Positions 12,001 through 24,302 of a DNA stretch of 64,000 nucleotides are shown here, piece after piece. Source of the DNA: Macrostomum hystrix (Eukaryota; Animalia; Platyhelminthes); contig CATNEN010000008.1 of the NCBI GenBank assembly GCA_950097015.1, positions 124,001 through 188,000 of the forward strand, read 5' to 3'. Below the pieces are notes generated by a model. That model was not told the DNA's origin. It was given only the letters and a program-made list of their open reading frames with translations, and made no database searches. Made by a program: the position numbers and the translations under genes. How positions within the stretch are numbered: position 1 is the stretch's first letter; the number at the start of each line of letters is the position of its first letter.

Positions 12001-15000
12001 CAATCAGTATCAAATAGTACACAGACCCCAATCAATCAGTATCAAACAGTACACAGACCCCAATCAATCAGTATCAAACAGTACACAGACCCCAATCAAT
12101 GATCAGTATCAAATAGTACACAGACCCCTATCAATCAGTATCAAATAGTACACAGACACCTATCAATCAGTATCAAATAGTACACAGACCCCTATCAATC
12201 AGTATCAAATAGTACACAGACCCTATCAATCAGTATCAAATAGTACACAGACCCCAATCAATCAGTATCAAACAGTACACAGACCCCTATCAATCAGTAT
12301 CAAATAGTACACAGACCCCTATCAATCAGTATCAAACAGTACACAGACCCCTATCAATCAGTATCAAATAGTACACAGACCCCTATCAATCAGATCAAAC
12401 AGTACACAGACCCCTATCAATCAGTATCAAACAGTACACAGACCCCAATCAATCAGTATCAAACAGTACACAGACCCCTAACAATCAGATCAAACAGTAC
12501 ACAGACCCCAATCAATCAGTATCAAATAGTACACAGACCCCAATCAATAAGTATCAAATAGTACACAGACCCCTATCAATCAGTATCAAATAGTACACAG
12601 ACCCTATCAATCAGTATCAAATAGTACACAGACCCCAATCAATCAGTATCAAATAGTACACAGACCCCAATCAATCAGTATCAAATAGTACACAGACCCC
12701 AATCAATCAGTATCAAATAGTACACAGACCCCAATCAATCAGTATCAAACAGTACACAGACCCCAATCAATCAGTATCAAATAGTACACAGACCCCAATC
12801 AATCAGTATCAAACAGTACACAGACCCCAATCAATGATCAGTATCAAATAGTACACAGACCCCTATCAATCAGTATCAAATAGTACACAGACCCCTATCA
12901 ATCAGTATCAAATAGTACACAGACCCCTATCAATCAGTATCAAATAGTACACAGACCCTATCAATCAGTATCAAATAGTACACAGACCCCAATCAATCAG
13001 TATCAAACAGTACACAGACCCCTATCAATCAGTATCAAATAGTACACAGACCCCTATCAATCAGTATCAAATAGTACACAGACCCTATCAATCAGTATCA
13101 AATAGTACACAGACCCCAATCAATCAGTATCAAACAGTACACAGACCCCTATCAATCAGTATCAAATAGTACACAGACCCCTATCAATCAGTATCAAACA
13201 GTACACAGACCCCTATCAATCAGTATCAAATAGTACACAGACCCCTATCAATCAGATCAAACAGTACACAGACCCCTATCAATCAGTATCAAACAGTACA
13301 CAGACCCCAATCAATCAGTATCAAACAGTACACAGACCCCTAACAATCAGATCAAACAGTACACAGACCCCAATCAATCAGTATCAAATAGTACACAGAC
13401 CCCTATCAATAAGTATCAAATAGTACACAGACCCCTATCAATCAGTATCAAATAGTACACAGACCCTATCAATCAGTATCAAATAGTACACAGACCCCAA
13501 TCAATCAGTATCAAACAGTACACAGACCCCTATCAATCAGTATCAAACAGTACACAGACCCCTATCAATCAGATCAAACAGTACACAGACCCCTATCAAT
13601 CAGTACAAAATAGTACACAGACCCCAATCAATCAGTATCAAATAGTACACAGACCCCAATCAATCAGTATCAAATAGTACACAGACCCCAATCAATCAGT
13701 ATCAAACAGTACACAGACCCTTATCAATCAGTACAAAATAGTACACAGACCCCTATCAATCAGTACAAAATAGTACACAGACCCCTATCAATCAGTATCA
13801 AATAGTACACAGACCCCTATCAATCAGTATCAAACAGTACACAGACCCCTATCAATCAGTATCAAATAGTACACAGACCCCAATCAATCAGTATCAAACA
13901 GTACACAGACCCCTATCAATCAGTATCAAACAGTACACAGACCCCTATCAATCAGATCAAACAGTACACAGACCCCTATCAATCAGTACAAAATAGTACA
14001 CAGACCCCAATCAATCAGTATCAAATAGTACACAGACCCCAATCAATCAGTATCAAATAGTACACAGACCCCAATCAATCAGTATCAAACAGTACACAGA
14101 CCCCAATCAATCAGTATCAAACAGTACACAGACCCCAATCAATGATCAGTATCAAATAGTACACAGACCCCTATCAATCAGTATCAAATAGTACACAGAC
14201 ACCTATCAATCAGTATCAAATAGCACACAGACCCCTATCAATCAGTATCAAATAGTACACAGACCCTATCAATCAGTATCAAATAGTACACAGACCCCAA
14301 TCAATCAGTATCAAACAGTACACAGACCCCTATCAATCAGTATCAAATAGTACACAGACCCCTATCAATCAGTATCAAACAGTACACAGACCCCTATCAA
14401 TCAGTATCAAATAGTACACAGACCCCTATCAATCAGATCAAACAGTACACAGACCCCTATCAATCAGTATCAAACAGTACACAGACCCCAATCAATCAGT
14501 ATCAAACAGTACACAGACCCCTAACAATCAGATCAAACAGTACACAGACCCCAATCAATCAGTATCAAATAGTACACAGACCCCTATCAATAAGTATCAA
14601 ATAGTACACAGACCCCTATCAATCAGTATCAAATAGTACACAGACCCTATCAATCAGTATCAAATAGTACACAGACCCCAATCAATCAGTATCAAACAGT
14701 ACACAGACCCCTATCAATCAGTATCAAACAGTACACAGACCCCTATCAATCAGATCAAACAGTACACAGACCCCTATCAATCAGTACAAAATAGTACACA
14801 GACCCCAATCAATCAGTATCAAATAGTACACAGACCCCAATCAATCAGTATCAAATAGTACACAGACCCCAATCAATCAGTATCAAACAGTACACAGACC
14901 CTTATCAATCAGTACAAAATAGTACACAGACCCCTATCAATCAGTACAAAATAGTACACAGACCCCTATCAATCAGTATCAAATAGTACACAGACCCCTA

Positions 15001-15834
15001 TCAATCAGTATCAAATAGTACACAGACCCTATCAATCAGTATCAAATAGTACACAGACCCCAATCAATCAGTATCAAACAGTACACAGACCCCTATCAAT
15101 CAGTATCAAACAGTACACAGACCCCTATCAATCAGATCAAACAGTACACAGACCCCTATCAATCAGTACAAAATAGTACACAGACCCCAATCAATCAGTA
15201 TCAAATAGTACACAGACCCCAATCAATCAGTATCAAATAGTACACAGACCCCAATCAATCAGTATCAAACAGTACACAGACCCCTATCAATCAGTACAAA
15301 ATAGTACACAGACCCCTATCAATGATCAGTATCAAATAGTACACAGACCCCTATCAATCAGTATCAAATAGTAAACAGACCCAATCAATCCCTATACAAA
15401 AGTACAGACTCCGATCAATCCGCATTAAAAAGTACACAGACCCCGATCAACCCCTAACTTAAAGTACAAGGAACCCGATCTATCCCTATTCAAAAAGTAC
15501 ACAGACTCTGATCAATACATTTTAAAAGGTACACATACCCCGATCAACCCTAGAACTAAAGTACACAGACTCCGATCATCCCTTCCAAAAGTCCCCACAT
15601 ACCGCACCTCACGGAACTCACCTGACTGGCTTCATCGTGCGAGTCGAATCGCAGTGCAACATTCAGCAAGCCCTGCTTATTAATTGAAAACACAACAGTA
15701 CAATTGTGGCCGTGATCAACAAAGAATCGGCGCACCTCGTCTGGTCTAATATTGGGTCGTAAGCCGCGCAGATACAGGGTGTGACGCGATGGTCGCACCA
15801 GCGCCGGATCGATATCTAACGCGCTGTCTAACAT
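9016..15834 (-). CDS. PPHLN1: RRM-containing Periphilin-like protein (N-terminal RRM, RS/low-complexity middle, Periphilin C-terminal helical domain), 3 exons, ~358 aa
   Basis: Exons 15834-15622, 10399-10017, 9496-9016 with canonical GT/AG and matching phases (0, 2). C-terminus RRKADIESMYRQDCDTFATVVKMLLRHDPGLDGPLQAALKAALRDIGNQSVQELRDYI matches Periphilin-1 (YRQDCETFGMVVKMLIEKDPSLE...). N-terminus HTLYLRGLRPNIRPDEVRRFF...VALRFDSHDEASQLLRRYNDGRKPVLGCRLNIVW has RRM spacing. Confidence 0.85.
9611..9790. repeat. 32-bp minisatellite GTCTGTGTACACTGGAATGGGGTTTGATAGAC (~5 copies, degenerating) in periphilin intron 2
   Basis: Direct tandem repeats, spacing 9613 to 9645. Confidence 0.85.
10583..15380. 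repeat. 32-bp satellite AGTACACAGACCCCAATCAATCAGTATCAAAT (~150 copies) filling periphilin intron 1; degenerate copies continue to ~15580
   Basis: Direct tandem repeats; rare ATGATC variant at 10791/12834 and 12099/14142 (both 2043 bp apart) indicates a higher-order duplication. Confidence 0.97.
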
Positions 15835-16169
15835 TTTGCTGAAATACGGGTCACATTTGTAAGGCTTAGGCCTGAACAGAGCGATGCACGAAAATTTCGC
15901 AGACTTTTTTCGATTTTCGATGAAAAAAATTTGTTGTAAAAAACGAAATACAAGAGAGTCGACAAATCGATAAAAAAGAAAATAAACTCACAATTTGCGA
16001 CGTATACTACTAACAAGTTTATTATGCATAAACTGACAACAAATTACATTAGGAGTTAAAATCATCGTTTATCAGCATTAGATCGTCATCAAGGACAGAA
16101 AATCAAAAAACTGAATTCTGGATCTATAAGAGGCTATGCAAAATAACACGGTAAGTGATTGACAGTAAG

Positions 16170-16350
16170 GGATGGTCAGTAGAGATTGACAGGTAGGCAT
16201 GGTCAGTTAGAGATTAACAGGTGGGAATAGGCAGTAGATATTAACATGTAGGGATGGACAGTACAGATTGACAGGTAGGGATGGACAGTACAGATTGACA
16301 GGTAGGGATGGACAGTACAGATTGACAGGTAGGGATGGACAGTACAGATA
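16170..16350. repeat. 27-bp minisatellite GTACAGATTGACAGGTAGGGATGGACA (few copies)
   Basis: Direct tandem repeats between TMEM199 and the periphilin-like gene. Confidence 0.8.
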
Positions 16351-16515
16351 GAGAGTATTTGGACTGTAGGTAGACAGGTAGAAGCAGACAGACAGGTGAA
16401 CAGGTAAATATCAATCATTTCAATACGTTGTGTAACTAAAAGATAACTATACGAGCGTAAACGTAGATGCATTTCTAGTTATTAGTTAAGAACAGAATTT
16501 GACTTGAAACAAACC

Positions 16516-17223
16516 CTAATCAGTCCTCCTCTTGCCACTCAGATAGTCGATCTTGACAACAAAGTACAAATCGGCGAAGAACACAATAGCGCCCAGTAGA
16601 AGGCCAAGGCTTAGTTTATAAGCCAACGGAGCTGTGCCATTCTCGCTAGACAATTCGCAAGCCTTATAACCGAATGCGAAGGCGGCTCCTACTGTTATAA
16701 TAAAATTTGCCACAGTGGCTAATTGTCGATTCACAATGCGAAACTGGCTGCCCAGACTATCTAGCTGATTGTCTCGCTGGCTACTGCGGTTGAATCCCAA
16801 CTGGGTAGATCGAATATTAGCCGTCATCCGATCGTACTCGCGCTGCTCTTGTTCTGCTCTAAGCTTAGCCAGGCGAGCTACTAGCTCAGGATTTGGCGAA
16901 GGCTTGGATGGCTGCGGTAGGGACAGACCGCCGCCAGCGATTAGACGCCACAATGGCGGTGGCGACGGCTGTGTTGACTCCGATCTTGTAGAATACAAAT
17001 CAACTAGATGATCGTGTATCGATTTTAGCAAAGTAAAACTGATACTAACATTAGCAATCTGATTGTCATTGTCTAGAATTTGTTTAATATTAGACAGACA
17101 GTCTGGAGACAAACTGGAGCATTTGACAGCATTGTTAAGAAATTCTAGAAGAGCTGGAGTGAGCTGAACGCCTATTGATGCGTCGATGCGGCAGTCATTG
17201 GGCATTGACTTCGATACTGGCAT
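16516..17223 (-). CDS. TMEM199: Transmembrane protein 199 / Vma12 V-ATPase assembly factor, single exon, 235 aa
   Basis: PELVARLAKLRAEQEQREYDRMT followed by two TM helices (RQLATVANFIITVGAAFAFGY; LGLLLGAIVFFADLYFVVK), the Vma12 architecture. Confidence 0.9.
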   Translation of the reverse strand: MPVSKSMPNDCRIDASIGVQLTPALLEFLNNAVKCSSLSPDCLSNIKQILDNDNQIANVSISFTLLKSIHDHLVDLYSTRSESTQPSPPPLWRLIAGGGLSLPQPSKPSPNPELVARLAKLRAEQEQREYDRMTANIRSTQLGFNRSSQRDNQLDSLGSQFRIVNRQLATVANFIITVGAAFAFGYKACELSSENGTAPLAYKLSLGLLLGAIVFFADLYFVVKIDYLSGKRRTD

Positions 17224-19049
17224 TGCTGGCTGAAGTGTTTGTAAGCATTGGAGTGCATGTAAACCTATTATTAAATTCTGATTAATTCTGATTATTCAGC
17301 ATATTTTTATCTACAAATTAAAACTATCTAAATTTTAGTTTAGAATCAAGTGTTCCTAATCATAGCAATTGTTTTGAGCAATCAAAAATAAAAAATATAG
17401 CACTAAGACAATCCATAGCTACAGAAGAAATTCTATAATAAACTAATATATAACAAACATAAACTCAAAGGTAACAGTGGACACCCATGCAATATAGATC
17501 AGTAGAGTACGAGCTATGTGGATATCTGGTCTCTTTTTTAAGGAAACTAGCAGGCCTTGAAACCATTAAGTTTAGTCAGCTAGAGCAGTTTTTGCACAGC
17601 CATGATTGACAGCATTTTGTTGCTAGTTGCTACATGTCCAAAGCTTAAGGGAGCTTTTACCTCCTGGAAACTAGGGCCCTGGGACCATAACATTTTTGAA
17701 AAAGTGCAATTTTAATGCAACAAAGCAATGCTTCATGTGAGCTCCAAAGTAGCCATAAGTTAAAAATTTCATTATATTTACAAAAAAGCCAATCTAAGGT
17801 GCAACAGATGCAACTGTGGGCTATACAAAATTGAGCAAAGACATTTTATTCAGACAGCCGTTAAACAAGGCCACAAGTGCCCATCTTTGCATTATTTTTA
17901 TAACTATTCATTTGAACATGATTCTGTACATTACAAAAAAACTGTTTTTTGATGGCATTGTGAACAAGCCTTTAGAGAGTCTAATTGGTAGGCCATAAAT
18001 TGACAACCAAACAAGACCAAATAGTGACATGCTAGCAGGAGCTACTAGTACTAAAGCTTAATATGGACCTTCTCATGATCTGATCATGAGGCCTGCATGT
18101 GTATAGCCAACACTTCCCAGACAAGGCCTACAGCTGCCCTTCAAAATGCCCCAAAGAAGGCACTAGTCTACAGTGGGATGCAATGTCCCCTAGGAAGCTA
18201 GTGCTTCATTGCCTTGTTTGCATGGACCAGCTAGGCCCTACTTATTGTGCAAAGGGCAGATGACGAAGCAGACAATATGTAGGCCTACCCACCAGTTCTG
18301 GAGCCAATTAGTAAACAGCATGCTCTTAAGCTAAGCCAACCAAGGAGCAGAATTTCTGTAGCAGAGAACTCTCGCCTCGTACCTCTCAGCTTGAGTGGCC
18401 TATCTAGTAAATATAGTATCTGTGGGCAGAGGTAGGTCTAAAGAACAAAATCCATTTTCTTTTCAGATGCAAATGGGACAGATACAAAAATGTTTGGGGA
18501 AAATATACAGTTGATATTTCCAACAAAGTTAAAAACTTTGCATTTTAAGAACATCAGACAAAGCCTTCTACTTGATGGATACTAGTTCAAGATAGGCCTA
18601 GTGAATTAACAGAGTTGCTAGCTAATTACATAGAACAGATGACAAAGGCTTGAGAAACAGCTGCTATATACTAGGCCCCTATACTATATAGGCCCTAGCT
18701 GATTTTTGCTTCCTAAACAACACACTTTGAATAACCGAAATAATTGAATTTCTCTTTTAATTTTGAGTCATTGCAATGTAGATAGTTCACATTTTTTAGT
18801 TACAAAAATATTTTTTACCTAAATTTTTTTATTGCTTAGGCCTACATTCAGTATATTTGATTCCGTTTTTTACAATGTGTTTAAATTTACCTATTTTTAA
18901 TTAAATAAATAAAATATCAGCACCCTATATTGTACTTGCAATTTGGTAATAATAATAAGAATAATAATAATATCATATTGTAAAGGTTCAAAGAAACCCA
19001 GTATAATATATAGATCATGTAGAAGTGGGAGGGTAAGATTAGGAAAAAA

Positions 19050-20066
19050 GGCGATCTTTCGGTTTCCCGCTCTAAATTATTTTAACGCTTTTTTCAAACT
19101 TTTCAGAGTCGCAGAAGCACAGAAGCAGAAGCCTACGTTCAGGTAAAGTTCAGGTGAGTAAAATAGTAAGTTAATTACTAATTAGACAGGATAGTAGTGG
19201 GTGATCAAGTAGCGGATGTTGCCAAACTGATATTCTGGGAAAGCTCGACACAAAATGAAATCTCTTTGAGAAAAAACATTTTCTGGATTATTAATAATAT
19301 TTCGAATAAACTATTAAATTAATTTCGAAATTTATGTCGTCGCGGCAGACAAACACAGAACAATATTGTACTGTTCAGCCGCAGCTGGCCACCCGTGTTG
19401 ACAGAGATAGGGTCTAAGAAACAGTAATCGAACATGCGCGACGGTCGCCTAATAGGCAACTTCGAACATGTTCTTTGTTCCGAGAACATGTTCTTTTAAA
19501 TTAATAAGGCTACTTAATGTATTTTAATAAATTAATAACATGAAGAAAAAACGATGCCTTCGTTGGTATGAGGTCAACAAACAAGACAGTTAAACCCATA
19601 CTATGTCTAGTATGGTTCAACACACACACATGGTTTAACTGTCTTGTTTGTTGACCTCATGCCAAGGAATGCATAGTTTTTTCTTCATGTTATTAATTTA
19701 TTAATATACATTAAGTAGCCTTATTAATTTAAAAGAACATGTTCTCGGAACAAAGAACATGTTCGGAGTTGCCTATTAGGCGACCGTCGCGCATGTTCGA
19801 TGTAGCCTAAGAGTCGTCAACACGGCTGAGCTGGCCGAGGGAAGTTCCGGCTTTGATTTTTGTTTATTCGAAAATAATAATTTAACCAATGCAACCAGTC
19901 CTCGATGATTGACATCAATGTCACACAGAACTATGCTGTTGAGGACTTCGGCGGCTGGGACAATGGTCTGTGGCGCAGGAGGTCGACCAGCCATACTAGC
20001 AGTAGCTGCATGAAAAGTTAGAAAAAAGCGTTTAAATAATTTAGAGCGGGAAACCGAAAGATCGCC
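19050..20066. mobile_element. Non-autonomous DNA transposon, 1017 bp, 55-bp TIRs, 8-bp TSD GGAAAAAA
   Basis: 19050-19104 and 20012-20066 are inverted copies (GGCGATCTTTCGGTTTCCCGCTCTAAATT..., 2 mismatches); GGAAAAAA flanks both ends (19042-19049, 20067-20074). Confidence 0.8.
19427..19801. mobile_element. 375-bp foldback/MITE with ~170-bp near-perfect inverted arms, nested in the 1017-bp element
   Basis: ATCGAACATGCGCGACGGTCGCCTAATAGGCAAC... at 19427 mirrors ...GTTGCCTATTAGGCGACCGTCGCGCATGTTCGAT ending 19801; ~35-nt loop. Confidence 0.8.
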
Positions 20067-23000
20067 GGAAAAAATACTACATCGATAGCAAAAAGAGATA
20101 TAATCATCACTGTTTCAATGCTCCTTTGATAAAAATCTATTTGTTTAACTATAGTATGAGTCTAACTCTACCTTGTAATCTATCGAAGTAATGAAGGTTT
20201 AGCAAAAAATGGTAAGTCCCAGATCAAGTTATTTATAATCTAATAATTAGACCCCTAGCTACAACTAACAATAGATTAAGTTATTATGTCACTGATATAG
20301 GATTCCAAGACTTAGTGACTAGCAACAAATATAAAATTTGTACTTAAGGTACTAATGTTTAAAACAAAACTAAAGCCCTTTAAAACACTTTACTTTATTG
20401 TTTTACTTTTTGAGAAGTCGAGATGACAAAAAAGTTTTCTTAAGATTACTGAATTCTCAATTCTCTTATATGGGGTTCGTTCTAACAAACGCAGTGCCGA
20501 GACTTCGTAACGAATCTTCTTGCGTCTGCATGGAATTTTCTTGCAGATGATGACAGATCTAGCTTTTCACTGTTTCACTGGATTTCAGCGATTTGAATAT
20601 TCAGTAAAACTGGACAAGTTGACTGCATCGGTCTGCTGTCTTTGCCGCTTAATTATGCTTAAATTATTCGTTTCTAGTTAAGAATAAAATTTGGACGTTA
20701 ATAAAATTTCAACCAGCCCCAAGTGAATTCGATATGCGTCATTAGTAGTAATTATTGCATAAATATCTGTGCATATATAAAATTTAAACTGCAGCACGAC
20801 TTAATTAATGGCCGCATATATACATCTATTAAAGAGTACTCGTGGTGTTTCTTAAGAAAACCTATCTAGATATTAAATTATATAATACTACGGTGCGTAA
20901 ACTTATTTAATAGCTGTGTACGATCAAATTGTGTATAAAACCATGCCCAACGTTTCGTACAATCAAGAGGACTTTCTTCCTTCCTAGCTAATTATTTCGT
21001 CTGTAAGTGAGGTGAAATGAATTGTAGTTTTTTGAATAAAAGAAGTCGATTTATTATTAACAGTAAATACACAGGCAAACAAAGACGAAGTCAGGCTTGA
21101 TCACGTTGTGCACACACTTCACAGTGACACACGAACGCACACGTGCATATTCTATAGGCTAAAGGCATATTTGTCTATGATTCAATGTGTATTATAGACA
21201 ATACTGCCGCAGATGCAGATGATCAGTCAGTCATAAGTCAAGCAAACTTTAATCCCTTAACTTACAGTAATGCATGTGAAAAGTTCGCATGACTTCGTGG
21301 CCGGGTGGGTTGGGTAGATACACACAAACAGCGAATATAACACAGTCTGTGTGCACTGCATTTACAGTTGAGCAAATACACTGCTCGCTCATGCTATACT
21401 ATTTGCAACCACTGCGATGGCGTGATTCTGGACTGCAAAGTGAGCCGCGGGGCCTCAATTGATACAGTGTGTATTAAAGTTCTATCTGAGTCTGATCCCA
21501 TGTTGGGATTAGGAGATAGAGGTGGGATTAAAAGTGCACAGGACTGAGTAAAATTTATAATTCGCAAAAGTTATAGATCTTTTAAATGAGCAACATGGGG
21601 CAAGATAATTTATTTTGAGTTAAGTAGACATTGAATTCTATAGTGGATTGAATAATGATTTAGCAGTAAATGGTCCCCAACGACTTGCTTTAGTTGAGTC
21701 AGATGGCAAGAAACAATCAAGCATAAAAGAATTCTAGGACTTCAATTTAGATCGAATTTAAACTCCACTTAAAAATTAAGCATTGGCTTGATGAAGCTCT
21801 TGTATTTGAATCGGGCGAGAAATCGCCTTTTATATTTTTAATTCGGATCAAAGTGCCCTTTGATTTCTGGAGGGGAGCGTGCGGCTAGTCGATCTGTCTT
21901 TTGAGCTGGCAAAGAAATTTCAATCTTCAAATTGTGCCGCCTCTCTTGATTTGTCTTCCAACCTGGCAACTCAGTACTTGGCGTTGATCAACTGTGAGCA
22001 GGAAGCTCTATGGAAACCTGAGAGCCCTGTCTACACTGATAGTCGCTGGCTCTCTGCAGTCGCCTTTGAAGCTTTTGCTCGACGCTATATAGGGAGAATC
22101 GGAGGCTGCGGGCTTGGCCAAACGGAATAGGCTCGGATTGAGACACATGATGGGTTCAAGGTCGCTGCATATCACGCGATGGACTTGAAATTGGAGCCAT
22201 TTATCCCGCTCACCTTACCCTTTTTTCTCATATCGGCCTCATTTTTGCTATTCCCCACTTTCATCCCAATATTTCTTTCGCTGGGACATGGCAAGGCAGC
22301 AGGCGCAGTTTCTGCTTCCTTGTTGCTACTTGTGATCTCGACCTGTTTGATGCTGGCCGAACTGCAGAACTGATAGATGAATGAGGCAGGCCAGAGAGCT
22401 AATATGAGATTAAAAAATGAGAGAAGAATGAGACCACACGGTGTATAGTGAGGCCAGAATTGTTGCTGCTGGGGAATGAAGTGCATGGACGCTTTAGTCC
22501 AGCGGGAATCGCGAGGGTCTCCGGGTCTGCGAAAAAACCTTCCATCGACAACGTTGCCACCGTGTGTGGATAATTTTTTACCCCCTGCCTTTTTCCCCTC
22601 TGGGGAGGTGGCGACTGCAGCTCAGCCTGGGGCCGCATCGGCTGCGGACAGGGTTGTGGGGTGGTTGGAGCGAGCAAGGCCATTGCTGTGGACTGTTGAA
22701 ACCCCCTGAGAGACATTTCTTTGCCTTGGCTATAGCTAATCGCTGTATAGGTTAAAGGCCTTATTGCATGAGTCTCTTCAATTGGGGTGGCTGGCTTCGG
22801 GCTTTCACAGCCAAGTCTCGGGCTGCTCATGGCAATTGCGGCGCTCATCAAACGCCGCGACCGACTCGAAGGGGGGGGTGGAGCGACTTATTTCCCAGCC
22901 AGTCAGAAATTTAATCCTTCTGGACAATTCGAATTTAGTTTGCCTATTTTTTTTCCAAATTTGCCGCGCCGCGCAATTCGAATTGGAACGGCCCATCTAT

Positions 23001-23884
23001 AGGAGCGGCACAAAGTAGGCTAATTTTTTATAAGAAATGCTTTTTTCTCTAATTTAGCTTCGCATCGTAGAATTACGTTGTTTATTTCTAATCTAAAACC
23101 TTTGTAACCCTTGTCTCAAACTTTCAAACGGTAAACAAAAAGGACGAAAATAGATCCCAAGAATTTAGAAAGTCAAAAGACCAATATGCTACACATTCTC
23201 TCATGAATTGACTGTCTCCCTCTCTTAAAATGGATCATGGTATGAAATCCAATAGTTTAGCTGGAATCTGATCAGGAATGGATCTGGGATGAATCGAGCC
23301 AATCAGTTAATGAGACCAATCGATCAGGCTATTTCTGAAGCCAACCGCGGTGGACCTTTAACTATTCCAAGGTCGTTAATTATTTGGTTGCCTTACTTTG
23401 AGTTCATCCAATATAGCTCGCATATATATGTGAAATTATATATTTAGTGGAAAAGTAAATAGAAATGGATATTGGCGACAACAAACTGATAAATAGGACA
23501 CTAGATAACTAAAAGTACATTTTTTATCTTCAGTGTAAGTCATTAAAATTTTTAATTTGAATATTGTACTCAATCATATAGATACGAGTAATTAAGGCGT
23601 TTCCTAGAAATAAAAAAATTAAACTAAAATTGTAAGTTTATCAGTTCCGCAAACCAATGGTATTTGCTAAAAATTCATATGAGTACATTTCGTCCATTTT
23701 TTAGACAGGCAAAGTGCTGCTTTTAGTAGAATTTTACATTGAATTTGACTTTTTCTGAAACTGTCTTTATTTCAAATTCTTTTTAAGCGGACAGAAACCA
23801 TTCAAACTCTGCGTGAATCTATTTAAATCTCAAGATAAGCATTACAGTTTCATTACAAATCTTTCTCAATCTGATAAAATGTTA

Positions 23885-24302
23885 TCAGAAGCGTTCATGA
23901 CAGATACCTGTTAGACAGAAGCGTTCATGACAGATACCTGTTAGACAGAAGCGTTCTCGACAGATACCTGTTAGACAGAAGCGTCTGTGACAGATACCTG
24001 TCAGACAGAAGCGTCTATGACAGATACCTGTCAGACAGAAGCGTCTATGACAGATACCTGTCAGACAGAAGCGTCTGTGACAGATACCTGTCAGACAGAA
24101 GCGTCTATGACAGATACCTGTCAGACAGAAGCGTCTATGACAGATACCTGTCAGACAGAAGCGTTCATGGCAGATACCTGTAAGACAGAAGCGTTCTCGA
24201 CAGATAACTGTTAGACAGAAGCGTTCTCGACAGATACCTGTTAAACAGAAGCGTCTGTGACAGATACCTGTCAGACAGAAGCGTCTGTGACAGATACCTG
24301 TA
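23885..24302. repeat. 30-bp minisatellite CAGAAGCGTCTATGACAGATACCTGTCAGA (~14 copies)
   Basis: Direct tandem repeats; 10-aa periodic ORFs on both strands. Confidence 0.95.

Noticed and set aside
19062-19070. E2F-like TTTCCCGC in both TIR arms
   Set aside because: A short motif duplicated only because it lies in the TIR; no evidence of function.
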